Shown here piece after piece: positions 41,819-54,740 of a stretch of DNA of 64,000 nt. Numbering within the stretch: position 1 is the stretch's first letter; each line of letters starts with the position of its first letter. The translations under genes and the position numbers were made by a program. Origin of the DNA: Azolla caroliniana (taxonomy: Eukaryota > Plantae > Polypodiophyta); contig JBHGNT010000035.1 in assembly GCA_043228905.1 (NCBI GenBank), positions 62,001-126,000 on the forward strand. The letters are read 5' to 3'. The notes beneath the pieces are model-generated. The model was not told the DNA's origin. It did no database searches and was given only the letters and a program-made list of their open reading frames with translations.

Positions 41819-44800
41819 CAGAGCTAGCGTTGTTAGCTTCGATTCGCATGTTTGAACACAGAAACCCAATATCACAGAAGCCAAATATGAACATTTTAAT
41901 TTACCTAGTTGCTCTTGTCAACTCCCGCCTCAAATTTGCTAATTTCTTCATTTCTCTCGACCTGAGTTTCAAAATCCTGATTTTTTAATTCTATATCATA
42001 GCTAGCTTTGTTAGCTTCGATTCGTATGTTTGAACACAAAAATCCGATATAACACGTGCCAGTTATGAACATTTTAATTTACCTACTTGCTCTTGTCAAC
42101 TCCCGCCTCAAACTTGCTAATTTCGTCATGTCTCTCGACCTTAGTGTCAAAATCTTAATTTTTTAATTCCATATCATAGCAAGCGTTGTTAGCTTTGATT
42201 CGCATGTTTCACCACATAATTTCGATATCACACGACCCAGGTATGAACATTTTAATTTACCTACTTGCTGTTGTCAACTCCCGCCTCAAATTTGCTAATT
42301 TCTTCATGTCTCTCGACCTAAGTTTCAAAATCTTGATTTTTTAATTCCATGTCATAGTAAGCGTTGTTAGCTTCGATTCGCATGTTTCACCACAGAATCC
42401 CGATATCACACGACCCAGGTATGAACATTTTAATTTACCTACTTGCTCTTGTCAACTCCCGCCTCAAATTTGCTAATTTCTTCATGTCTCTCGACCTGAG
42501 TTTCAAAATCTTGATTTACCTAGTTTTGAACACAGAAATCCTATATCACACGACCTAGGTATGAACATTTTAATTTACCTAGTTGCTCTTGTCAACTCCC
42601 GCCTCAAATTTGCTAATTTCTTCATTTCTCTCGACCTGAGTTTCAAAATCCTGATTTTTTAATTCTATATCATAGCTAGCTTTGATAGCTTCGATTCGCA
42701 TGTTTGAACACAAAAATCCGATATAACACGTGCCAGTTATGAACATTTTACTTTACCTACTTGCTCTTGTCAACTCCCGCCTCAAATTTGCTAATTTCGT
42801 CATGTCTCTCGACCTTAGTGTCAAAATCTTAATTTTTTAATTCCATATCATAGCAAGCGTTGTTAGCTTTGATTCGCATGTTTCACCACATAATTTCGAT
42901 ATCACACGACCCAGGTATGAACATTTTAATTTACCTACTTGCTGTTGTCAACTCCCGCCTCAAATTTGCTAATTTCTTCATGTCTCTCGACCTAAGTTTC
43001 AAAATCTTGATTTTTTAATTCCATATCATAGCAAGCGTTGTTAGCTTCGATTCGCATGTTTCACCACAGAATCCTGATATCACACGACCCAGGTATGAAC
43101 ATTTTAATTTACCTACTTGCTCTTGTCAACTCCCGCCTCAAATTTGCTAATTTCTTCATGTCTCTCGACCTGAGTTTCAAAATCTTGATTTTTTAATTCC
43201 TTATCATAGCAAGCGGAGTTAGCTTCGATTTGCATGTTTCGACAGAAAAATCCAATATCACACGACCTAGGTATGAACATTTTAATTTACCTACTTGCTC
43301 TTCTCAACTCATGCATCAAATTTGTTAATTTCTTCATGTCTCTCGACCTGAGTTTCAAAATCTTGATTTTTTAATTCCATATCATAGCTAGCTTTGTTAG
43401 CTTCGATTGGCATGTTTGAATAGAAAAATCCGATATCACACGAGCCAGGTATAAACATTTTAATTTACTAACGCGCTCTTGTCAACTCCCGCCTAAAATT
43501 TGCTAATTTCTTCATGTCTCTCGACCTAAGTTTCAAAATCTGGATTTTTTAATTCCATATGATAGCAAGCGTTGTTAGCTTCCATTCGCATGTTTGAACA
43601 CAGGAATCCAATATCACCGGAGCCAGATATGAACATTTTAATTTACCTACTTACTCTTGTCAACTCCCGCCTCAAATTTGCTAATTTCATCATGTCTCTC
43701 GACCTGAGTTTCAAAATCTTGATTTGTTAATTCTATATCATAGCAAGCGTTCTTAGCTTCGATTCGCATGTTTGAAAACAAAAATCGGATATCACACGAG
43801 CCAGGTATAAACATTTTAATTTACCTATTTGCTCTTATCAACTCCCGCCTAACATTTGCTAATTTCTTCATGTCTCCCGACCTGAGTTTCAAAATCTTGA
43901 TTTTTTAATTCCATATCATAGCAAGCGGAGTTAGCTTCGATTCGCATGTTTGAACAAAAAAATCCAATAACACACGACCTAGGTATAAACATTTTAATTT
44001 ACCTACTTGCTCTTGTCAACTCCTGCCTCAAATTTGCTAATTTCTTCATGTCTCTCGACCTGAGTTTCAAAATCTTGATTTTTTAATTCCATATCATAGC
44101 AAACAATGTTAGCTTTGATTCGCATGTTTGAACACAGAAATCCAATATCACAGGAGCCAAATATGAACATTTTAATTTACCTAGTTGCTCTTGTCAACTC
44201 CCGCCTCAAATTTGCTAATTTCTTCATGTCTGTCCACCTGAGTTTCAAAATCTTAATTTTTTAATTCCATATAATAGCAAGCGTTGTTAGCTTCGATTGG
44301 CATGTTTGAACACAAAAATCCGATATCACAGGAGCCAGGTACGAACATTTTAATTTACCTACTTGCTCTTGTCAACTCACGCCTCAAATTTGCTAATTTC
44401 TTCATGTCTCTCGACCTGAGTTTCAAAAACTTGATTTTTTAATTCCATATTATAGCTAGCTTTGTTAGCTTCGATTCGCATGTTTGAACACAAAAATCTA
44501 ATATCACACGACCCAGGTATGAACATTTTAATTTACTAACGCGTTCTTGTCAACTCCCGCTTAAAATTTGCTAATTTCTTCATGTCTCTCGACCTAAGTT
44601 TCAAAATTTTAATTTTTTAATTCCATATCATAGCAAGCGTTGTTAGCTTCGATTCGCATGTTTCACCACATAATTTCGATATCACACGACCCAGGTATGA
44701 ACATTTTAATTTACCTACTTGCTGTTGTCAACTCCCGCCTCAAATTTGCTAATTTCTTCATGTCTCTCGACCTAAGTTTCAAAATCATGATTTTTTAATT

Positions 44801-47800
44801 CCATATCATAGTAAGCGTTGTTAGCTTCGATTCGCATCTTTCACCACAGAATCCCGATATCACACGACCCAGGTATGAACATTTTAATTTACCTACTTGC
44901 TCTTGTCAACTCCCGCCTCAAATTTGCTCATTTCTTCATGTCTCTCGACCTGAGTTTCAAAATCTTGATTTTTTAATTCCTTATCATAGCAAGCGGAGTT
45001 AGCTTCGATTCGCATGTTTGGACAGAAAAATCCAATATCACACGACCTAGGTATGAACATTTTAATTTACCTACTTGCTCTTCTCAACTCATGCATCAAA
45101 TTTGCTAATTTCTTTATGTCTCTCGACCTGAGTTTCAAAATCTTGATTTTTTAATTCCATATCATAGCTAGCTTTGTTAGCTTCGATTCGCATGTTTGAA
45201 CACAAAAATCCGATATCACACGAGCCAGGTATAAACATTTTAATTTACTAACCCGCTCTTGTCAACTCCCGCCTAAAATTTGCTAATTTCTTCATGTCTC
45301 TCGACCTGAGTTTCAAAATCTGGATTTTTTAATTCCATATGATAGCAAGCGTTGTTAGCTTCCATTCGCATGTTTGAACACAGGAATCCAATATCACCGG
45401 AGCCAGATATGAACATTTTAATTTACCTGCTTACTCTTGTCAACTCCCGCCTCAAATTTGCTAATTTCATCATGTCTCTCGACCTGAGTTTCAAAATCTT
45501 GATTTGTTAATTCTATATCATAGCAAGCGTTCTTAGCTTCGATTCGCATGTTTGAACACAAAAATCCGATATCACACGAGCCAGGTATGAACATTTTAAT
45601 TTATCTACGTGCTCTTATCAATTCCCGCCTCAAATTTGCTAATTTCTTCATGTCTCCCGACCTGAGTTTCAAAATCTTGATTTTTTAATTCCATATCATA
45701 GTAAGCGGAGTTAGCTTCGATTCGCATGTTTGAACAAAAAAATCAAATATCACACGACCTAGGTATGAACATTTTAATTTACCTACTTGCTCTTGTCAAC
45801 TCCTGCCTCAAATTTGCTAATTTCTTCATGTCTCTCGACCTGAGTTTCAAAATCTTGATTTTTTAATTCCATATCATAGCAAACAATGTTAGCATTGATT
45901 CGCATGTTTGAACACAGAAATCCAATATCACAGGAGCCAAATATGAACATTTTAATTTACCTAGTTGCTCTTGTTAACTCCCGCCTCAAATTTGCTAATT
46001 TCTTCATGTCTGTCGACCTGAGTTTCAAAATCTTAATTTTTTAATTCCATATAATATCAAGCGTTGTTAGCTTCGATTGGCATGTTTGAACACAAAAATC
46101 CGATATCACACGAGCCAGGTACGAACATTTTAATTTACCTACTTGCTCTTGTCAACTCACGCCTCAAATTTGCTAATTCCTTCATGTCTCCCGACCTGAG
46201 TTTCAAAATCTTGATTTTTTAATTCGATATTATAGCTAGCTTTGTTAGCTTCGATTCGCATGTTTGAACACAAAAATCCGATATCACACGACCCAGGTAT
46301 GAACATTTTAATTTACTAACGCGCTCTTGTCAACTCCCGCTTAAAATTTGCTAATTTCTTCATGTCTCTCGACCTAAGTTTCAAAATCTTAATTTTTTAA
46401 TTCCATATCATAGCAAGCGTTGTTAGCTTCGATTCGCATGTTTCACCACAGAATTCCGATATCACACGACCCAGGTATGAACATTTTAATTTACCTACTT
46501 GCTCTTGTCAACTCCCGCCTCCAATTTGCTAATTTCTTCATGTCTCTTGACCTGAGTTTCAAAATCTTGATTTTGTAATTCCATATCATAGCTAGCTTTG
46601 TTAGCTTCGATTCGCATGTTTGAACACAAAAATCCGATATCACACGACCCAGGTATGAACATTTTAATTTACGAACGCGCTCTTGTCAACTCCCGCCTAA
46701 AATTTGCTAATTTCTTCATGTCTCTCGACCTGAGTTTCAAAATCAGAAATCCGATATCACAGGAGCCAAATATGAACATTTTAATTTACTAACGCGCTCT
46801 TGTCAGCTCCCGCTTCAAATTTGCTAATTTCTTCATGTCTCTCGACCTGAGTTTCAAAATCTTTATTTTTTAATTCCATATCATAGCAAGCAGAGTTTGC
46901 CTCGATTCGCATGTTTACACATAGAAATCCAATATCACAGGAGCCAAGTATGAACATTTTAATTTACTAACGCGTTGTTCTAAACTCCCTGCTCAAATTT
47001 GCTAATTTCTTCATGTTTCTCGACGTGAGTTTCAAAATATTGATTTTTTAATTCGATATCAGAGCTAGCGTTGTTAGCTTCGATTCACATGTTTGAACAC
47101 AGAAATCCAATATCACAGAAGCCAAATATGTACATTTTAATTTACTAACGCGTTGTTCTAAACTCCCTCCTCAAATTTGCTAATTTCTTCATGTCTCTCG
47201 ACCTGAGTTTTCAAATCTTGATTTTTTAATTCCATATTATAGCTAGCTTTGTTAGCTTCGATTCGCATGTTTGAACACAAAAATCCGATATCACACGAGC
47301 TAGGTATGAACATTTTAATTTACCTACTTGCTCTTGTCAACTCATGCATCAAATTTGCTAATTTCTTCATGTCTCTCGACCTGAGTTTCAAAATCTTGAT
47401 TTTCTAATTCCATATTATAGCTAGCTTTGTTAGCTTCGATTCGCATGTTTGAACACAAAAATCCGATATCACACGAGCCAGGTATAAACATTTTAATTTA
47501 CTAACCCGCTCTTGTCAACTCCCGCCTAAAATTTGCTAATTTCTTCATGTCTCTCGACCTGAGTTTCAAAATCTGGATTTTTTAATTCCATATGATAGCA
47601 AGCGTTGTTAGCTTCGATTCGCATGTTTCACCACAGAATTCCGATATCACACGACCCAGGTATGAACATTTTAATTTACCTACTTGCTCTTGTCAACTCC
47701 CGCCTCAATTTGCTAATTTCTTCATGTCTCTCGACCTGAGTTTCAAAATCTTGATTTTCTAATTCCATATCATAGCAAGCGTTGTTAGCTTCGATTCGCA

Positions 47801-50800
47801 TATTTGAACACAAAAATCCGATATCACACGACCCAGGTATGAACATTTTAATTTACTAACGCGCTCTTGTCAACTCCCGCTTAAAATTTGCTAATTTCTT
47901 CATGTCTCTCGACCTAAGTTTCAAAATGTTGATTTTTTAATTCCATATCATAGCAACCGTTGTTAGCTTCGATTCGCATGTTTGAACACAAAAATCCGAT
48001 ATCAGACGACCCAGGTATGAACATTTTAATTTACTAACGCGCTCTTGTCAACACCCGCTTAAAATTTGCTAATTTCTTCATGTCTCTTGACCTGAGTTTC
48101 AAAATCTTGATTTTTTAATTCCATATCATAGCAAGCGTTGTTAGCTTTGATTCGCATGTTTGAACACAGAAATCCGATATCACAGGAGCCAGATATGAAC
48201 ATTTTAATTTACTAACGCGCTCTTGTCAGCTCCCTCCTCAAATTTGCTAATTTCTTCATGTCTCTCGACGTGAGTTTCAAAATATTGATTTTTTAATTCC
48301 ATATCAGAGCTAGCGTTGTTAGCTTCGATTCGCATGTTTGAACACAGAAATCCAATATCACAGAAGCCGAATATGAACATTTTAATTTACTAACGCGTTG
48401 TTCTAAACTTCCTCCTCAAATTTGCTAATTTCTTCATGTCTCTCGACCTGAGTTTCAAAATCTTGATTTTTTAATTCCATATCATAGCTAGCTTTGTTAC
48501 CTTCGATTCGCATGTTTGAACACAAAAATCCGATATCACACGACCCAGGTATGAACATTTTAATTTACGAACGCGGTCTTCTCAACTCCCGCCTAAAATT
48601 TGCTAATTTCTTCATGTCTCTCGACCTGAGTTTCAAAATCTGGATTTCTTAATTCCATATGATAGCAAACGTTGTTAGCTTCCATTCGCATGTTTGAACA
48701 CAGGAATCCAATATCACACGACCCAGGTATGAACATTTTAATTTACCTACTTGCTCTTGTCAACTCCCGCCTCAAATTTGCTAATTTCTTCATGTCTCTG
48801 GACCTGAGTTTCAAAATCTTGATTTTTTAATTCCATATCATTGCAAACGTTGTTAGCTTTGATTCGCATGTTTGAACACAGAAATCCGATATCACAGGAG
48901 CCAGATATGAACATTTTAATTTACCTACTTACTCTTGTCAACTCCCGCCTCAAATTTGCTAATTTCATCATGTCTCTCGACCTGAGTTTCAAAATCTTGA
49001 TTTATTAATTCTATATCATAGCTAGCTTTGTTAGCTTCGATTCGCATGTTTGAACACAAAAATCCGATATCACACGAGCCAGGTATGAACATTTTAATTT
49101 ACCTAGTCGCTCTTGTCAACTCCCGCTTCAAATTTGCTAATTTCTTCATGTCTCTCGACCTGAGTTTCAAAATCCTGATTTTTTAATTCCATATCATAGC
49201 AAGCGTTGTTAGCTTCGATTCGCATGTTTCACCACAGAATTCCGATATCACACGACCCAGGTATGAAGATTTTAATTTACCTACTTGCTCTTGTCAACTC
49301 CCGCCTCCAATTTGCTAATTTCTTCATGTCTCTCGACCTGAGTTTCAAAATCTTGATTTTGTAACTCCATATCATAGCTAGCTTTGTTAGCTTCGATTCG
49401 CATGTTTGAACACAAAAATCCGATATGACACGACCCAGGTATGAACAATTTAATTTACGAACGCGCTCTTGTCAACTCGACCTGAGTTTCTTCATGTCTC
49501 TCGACCTGAGTTTACAAATCAGAAATCCGATATCACAGGAGCCAGAAATGAACATTTTAATTTACTAACGCGCTCTTGTCAGCTCCCGCCTCAAATTTGC
49601 TAATTTCTTCATGTCTCTCGACCTCAGTTTCAAACTCTTGATTTTTTAATTCCATATCATAAGAAGCGGAGTTAGCTTCGATTCGCATGTTTGAACAAAA
49701 AAATCTAATATCACACGACCTAGGTATGAATATTTTAATTTACCTACTTGCTCTTGTCAACTCATGCCTAAAATTTGCTAATTTCTTCATGTCTCTCGAC
49801 CTGAGTTTCAAAATCTTGATTTTTTAATTCTATATCATAGCTAGCTTTGTTAGCTTCGATTCGCATGTTTGAACACAAAAATCCGATATCACACGAGCCA
49901 GGTCTGAACATTTTAATTTACCTAGTTGCTCTTGTCAACTCCCGCCTCAAATTTGCTAATTTCTTCATGTCTGTCGACCTGAGTTTCGAAATCTTAATTT
50001 TTTAATTCCAGATCATAGCAAACGTTGTTAGCTTCGATTCGTATGTTTCACCACATGATTTCGATATCACACGACCCAGGTATGAACATTTTAATTTACC
50101 TACTTGCTGTTGTCAACTCCCGCCTCAAATTTGCTAATTTCTTCATGTCTCTCGACGTAACTTTCAAAATCTTGATTTTTTAATTCCATATCATAGCAAG
50201 CGTTGTTAGCTTCCATTCGCATGTTTGAACACAGGAATCCAATATCACCGGATCTAGATATGAACATTTTAATTTACCTACTTGCTCTTGTCAACTCCCG
50301 CCTCAAATTTGCTAATTTCATCATGTCTCTCGACCTGAGTCTCAAAATCTTGATTTGTTAATTCTATATCATAGCAAGCGTTCTTAGCTTCGATTCGCAT
50401 GTTTGAACACAAAAATCCGATATCACACGAGCCAGGTATGAACATTTTAATTTACCTACTTGCTCTTGTCAACTCCCGCCTCAAATTTGCTAATTTCATC
50501 ATGTCTCTCGACCTGAGTCTCAAAATCTTGATTTGTTAATTCTATATCATAGCAAGCGTTCTTAGCTTCGATTCGCATGTTTGAACACAAAAATCCGATA
50601 TCACACGAGCCAGGTATGAACATTTTAATTTACCTACTTGCTCTCATCAACTCCGCCTCATATTTGCTAATTTCTTCATGTCTCCCGACCTGAGTTTCAA
50701 AATCTTGATTTTTTAATTCCATATCATAGCAAGCGGAGTTAGCTTCGATTCGCATGTTTGAACAAAAAAATCCAATATCACAGGAGCCAGATATGAACAT

Positions 50801-53800
50801 TTTAATTTACTAACGCGCTCTTGTCAGCTCCCGCCTCAAATTTGCTAATTTCTTCATGTCTCTCGACCTCAGTTTCAAACTCTTGATTTTTTAATTCCAT
50901 ATCATAAGAAGCGGAGTTAGCTTCGATTCGCATGTTTGAACAAAAAAATCTAATATCACACGACCTAGGTATGAATATTTTAATTTACCTACTTGCTCTT
51001 GTCAACTCATGCCTAAAATTTGCTAATTTCTTCATGTCTCTCGACCTGAGTTTCAAAATCTTGATTTTTTAATTCTATATCATAGCTATCTTTGTTAGCT
51101 TCGATTCGCATGTTTGAACACAAAAATCCGATATCACACCAGCCAGGTCTGAACATTTTAATTTACCTAGTTGCTCTTGTCAACTCCCGCCTCAAATTTG
51201 CTAATTTCTTCATGTCTGTCGACCTGAGTTTCGAAATCTTAATTTTTTAATTCCAGATCATAGCAAACGTTGTTAGCTTCGATTCGTATGTTTCACCACA
51301 TGATTTCGATATCACACGACCCAGGTATGAACATTTTAATTTACCTACTTGCTGTTGTCAACTCCCGCCTCAAATTTGCTAATTTCTTCATGTCTCTCGA
51401 CCTAACTTTCAAAATCTTGATTTTTTAATTCCATATCATAGCAAGCGTTGTTAGCTTCCATTCGCATGTTTGAACACAGGAATCCAATATCACCGTATCC
51501 AGATATGAACATTTTAATTTACCTACTTGCTCTTGTCAACTCCCGCCTCAAATTTGCTAATTTCATCATGTCTCTCGACCTGAGTCTCAAAATCTTGATT
51601 TGTTAATTCTATATCATAGCAAGCGTTCTTAGCTTCGATTCGCATGTTTGAACACAAAAATCCGATATCACACGAGCCAGGTATGAACATTTTAATTTAC
51701 CTACTTGCTCTTATCAACTCCCGCCTCAAATTTGCTAATTTCTTCATGTCTCCCGACCTGAGTTTCAAAATCTTGATTTTTTAATTCCATATCATAGCAA
51801 GCGGAGTTAGCTTCGATTCGCATGTTTGAACAAAAAAATCCAATATCACAGGAGCCAGATATGAACATTTTAATTTACTAACGCGCTCTTGTCAGCTCCC
51901 GCCTCAAATTTGCTAATTTCTTCATGTCTCTCGACCTCAGTTTCAAACTCTTGATTTTTTAATTCCATATCATAAGAAGCGGAGTTAGCTTCGATTCGCA
52001 TGTTTGAACAAAAAAATCTAATATCACACGACCTAGGTATGAATATTTTAATTTACCTACTTGCTCTTGTCAACTCATGCCTAAAATTTGCTAATTTCTT
52101 CATGTCTCTCGACCTGAGTTTCAAAATCTTGATTTTTTAATTCTATATCATAGCTAGCTTTGTTAGCTTCGATTCGCATGTTTGAACACAGAAATCCGAT
52201 ATCACACGAGCCAGGTCTGAACATTTTAATTTACCTAGTTGCTCTTGTCAACTCCCGCCTCAAATTTGCTAATTTCTTCATGTCTGTCGACCTGAGTTTC
52301 GAAATCTTAATTTTTTAATTCCAGATCATAGCAAACGTTGTTAGCTTCGATTCGTATGTTTCACCACATGATTTCGATATCACACGACCCAGGTATGAAC
52401 ATTTTAATTTACCTACTTGCTGTTGTCAACTCCCGCCTCAAATTTGCTAATTTCTTCATGTCTCTCGACCTAACTTTCAAAATCTTGATTTTTTAATTCC
52501 ATATTATAGCAAGCGTTGTTAGCTTCCATTCGCATGTTTGAACACAGGAATCCAATATCACCGGATCCAGATATGAACATTTTAATTTACCTACTTGCTC
52601 TTGTCAACTCCCGCCTCAAATTTGCTAATTTCATCATGTCTCTGGACCTGAGTCTCAAAATCTTGATTTGTTAATTCCATATCATAGCAAGCGTTCTTAG
52701 CTTCGATTCGCATGTTTGAACACAAAAATCCGATATCACACGAGCCAGGTATGAACATTTTAATTTACCTACTGGCTCTTATCAACTCCCGCCTCAAATT
52801 TGCTAATTTCTTCATGTCTCCCGACCTGAGTTTCAAAATCTTGATTTTTTAATTCCATATCATAGCAAGCGGAGTTAGCTTCGATTCGCATGTTTGAACA
52901 AAAAAATCCGATATCACAGGAGCCAAATATGAACATTTTAATTTACTAACGCGCTCTTGTCAACTCATGCATCAAATTTGCTAATTTCTTCATGTCTCTC
53001 GACCTGAGTTTCAAAATCTTTATTTTCTAATTCTATATCATAGCTAGCTTTGTTAGCTTCGATTCGCATGTTTGAACACAAAAATCCGATATCACACGAG
53101 CGAGGTATGAACATTTTAATTTACTAACGCGCTCTTGTCAAATCCCGCCTAAAATTTGCTAATTTCTTCATGTCTCTCGGCCTGAGTTTCAAAATCTGGA
53201 TTTTTTAATTCCATATCATAAGAAGCGGAGTTAGCTTCGATTCGCATGTTTGAACACAAAAATCCGATATCACACGACCCAGATATGAACATTTTAATTT
53301 ACCTACTTACTCTTGTCAAGTCTCGCCTCAAATTTGCTAATTTCTTCATGTCTCTCGACCTGAGTTTCAAAATCTTGATTTTTTAATTCCATATCATAGC
53401 AAGCGTTGTTAGCTTCGATTCGCATGTTTCACCACAGAATTCCGATATCACACGACCCAGGTATGAACATTTTAATTTACCTACTTGCTCTTTTCAACTC
53501 CTGCCTCAAATTTGCGAATTTCTTCATGTCTCTCTACCTAAGTTTCAAAATCTTGATTTTTTAATTCCATATCATAGCAAGCGTTGTTAGCTTCGATTCG
53601 TATGTTTCACCACAGAATCCCGATATCACACGACCCAGGTATAAACATTTTAATTTACCTACTTGCTCTTGTCAACTCCCGCCTCAAATTTGCTAATTTC
53701 TTCATGTCTCTCGACCTGAGTTTCAAAATCTTAATTTTTTAATTCCATATCATAGCAAGCCTTGTTAGCTTCGATTCGCATGTTTCACCACAGAATTCCG

Positions 53801-54310
53801 AGATCACACGACCCAGGTATCAACATTATAATTCACCTATTTGCTCTTGTCAACTCCCGCCTCAAATTTGCTAATTTCTTCATGTCTCTCGACCTAAGTT
53901 TCAAAATCTTGATTTTTTAATTCCATATCATAGCAAGCGTTGTTAGCTTCGATTCGCATGTTTCACCACAGAATTCCAATATCACACGACCCAGGTATGA
54001 ACATTTTAATTTACCTACATGCTCTTGTCAACTCCCGCCTCAAATTTGCTAATTTCTTCGTGTCTCTCGACCTGAGTTTCAAAATCTGGATTTTTTAATT
54101 CCATATCATAGCAAGCGTTGTTAGCTTTGATTCGAAAGTTTGAACACAGAAAACCGATATCACAGGAGCCAGATATGAACATTTTAATTTACTAACGCGC
54201 TCTTGTCAGCTCCCGGCTCAAATTTGCTAATTTCTTCATGTCTCTCGACCTAAGTTTCAACCTCTTGATTTTTAAATTCCATATCATAAGAAGCGGAGTT
54301 AGCTTCGATT
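41819..54310 (+). repeat. 178-bp satellite, subfamily B (between the two retroelements)
   Basis: Same B variants. Local 6-7-mer HORs: the CATAAGAAGCGG variant has AAGAAG at 49661, 50906 and 51974 (spacings 1245, 1068). Confidence 0.93.
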
Positions 54311-54311
54311 A

Positions 54312-54701
54312 GCAAAGCCTTTTTCAAGGGAGTCCTTCAGTACATCTGCAACGAATACTCCGACTCCAATGGAGATCGACACCACACGTCGTCGCGGACC
54401 ACTATCGGAAGAAGAAAAGCAGCGACGCAGGGCACATCGACTATGTTTGTATTGCGGGGGACCAGGGCATATTGCAGTAAACTGTCCCAATAGACCAAAA
54501 AGACAGGTAAACCAAATAATTGCCTGTACTAATAGTACTAAACCCGAGTCTGTTTCCCTAGGTGTGTCTGATAGTCTTAATAATACTAAAACTGAGTCTA
54601 CTTCCCTAGGTATGCATGAAAGTTCTAATAGTACTTATAGTCCAAATTTAGTCAACAAATTTGATGTCCTTAGTCAGTTAGAAGAAGAGTTAAACTATTA
54701 A
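54312..54701 (+). pseudogene. gag C-terminal fragment (nucleocapsid zinc knuckle)
   Basis: The frame is open from the junction: AKPFSRESFSTSATNTPTPMEID...EEKQRRRAHRLCLYCGGPGHIAVNC (CX2CX4HX4C). The capsid region is missing. Confidence 0.88.
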
Positions 54702-54740
54702 GTCCAGCCAAAATAGGAGCCGTTTGGTTGGACAGCCCTA
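54689..54740 (+). promoter_or_regulatory. Putative -1 programmed ribosomal frameshift signal
   Basis: pol is in the -1 frame relative to gag, open from 54674 and overlapping the gag end. G_TTA_AAC at 54689-54695, a 6-nt spacer, then an 11-bp stem (54702-54712 with 54723-54733). Confidence 0.75.

Noticed and set aside
36566-41894. Antisense, alternate-frame and LTR ORFs in the copia (e.g. 37437-38072, 38189-38746)
   Set aside because: These are shadow ORFs expected from GC-rich coding sequence; no recognisable domains.
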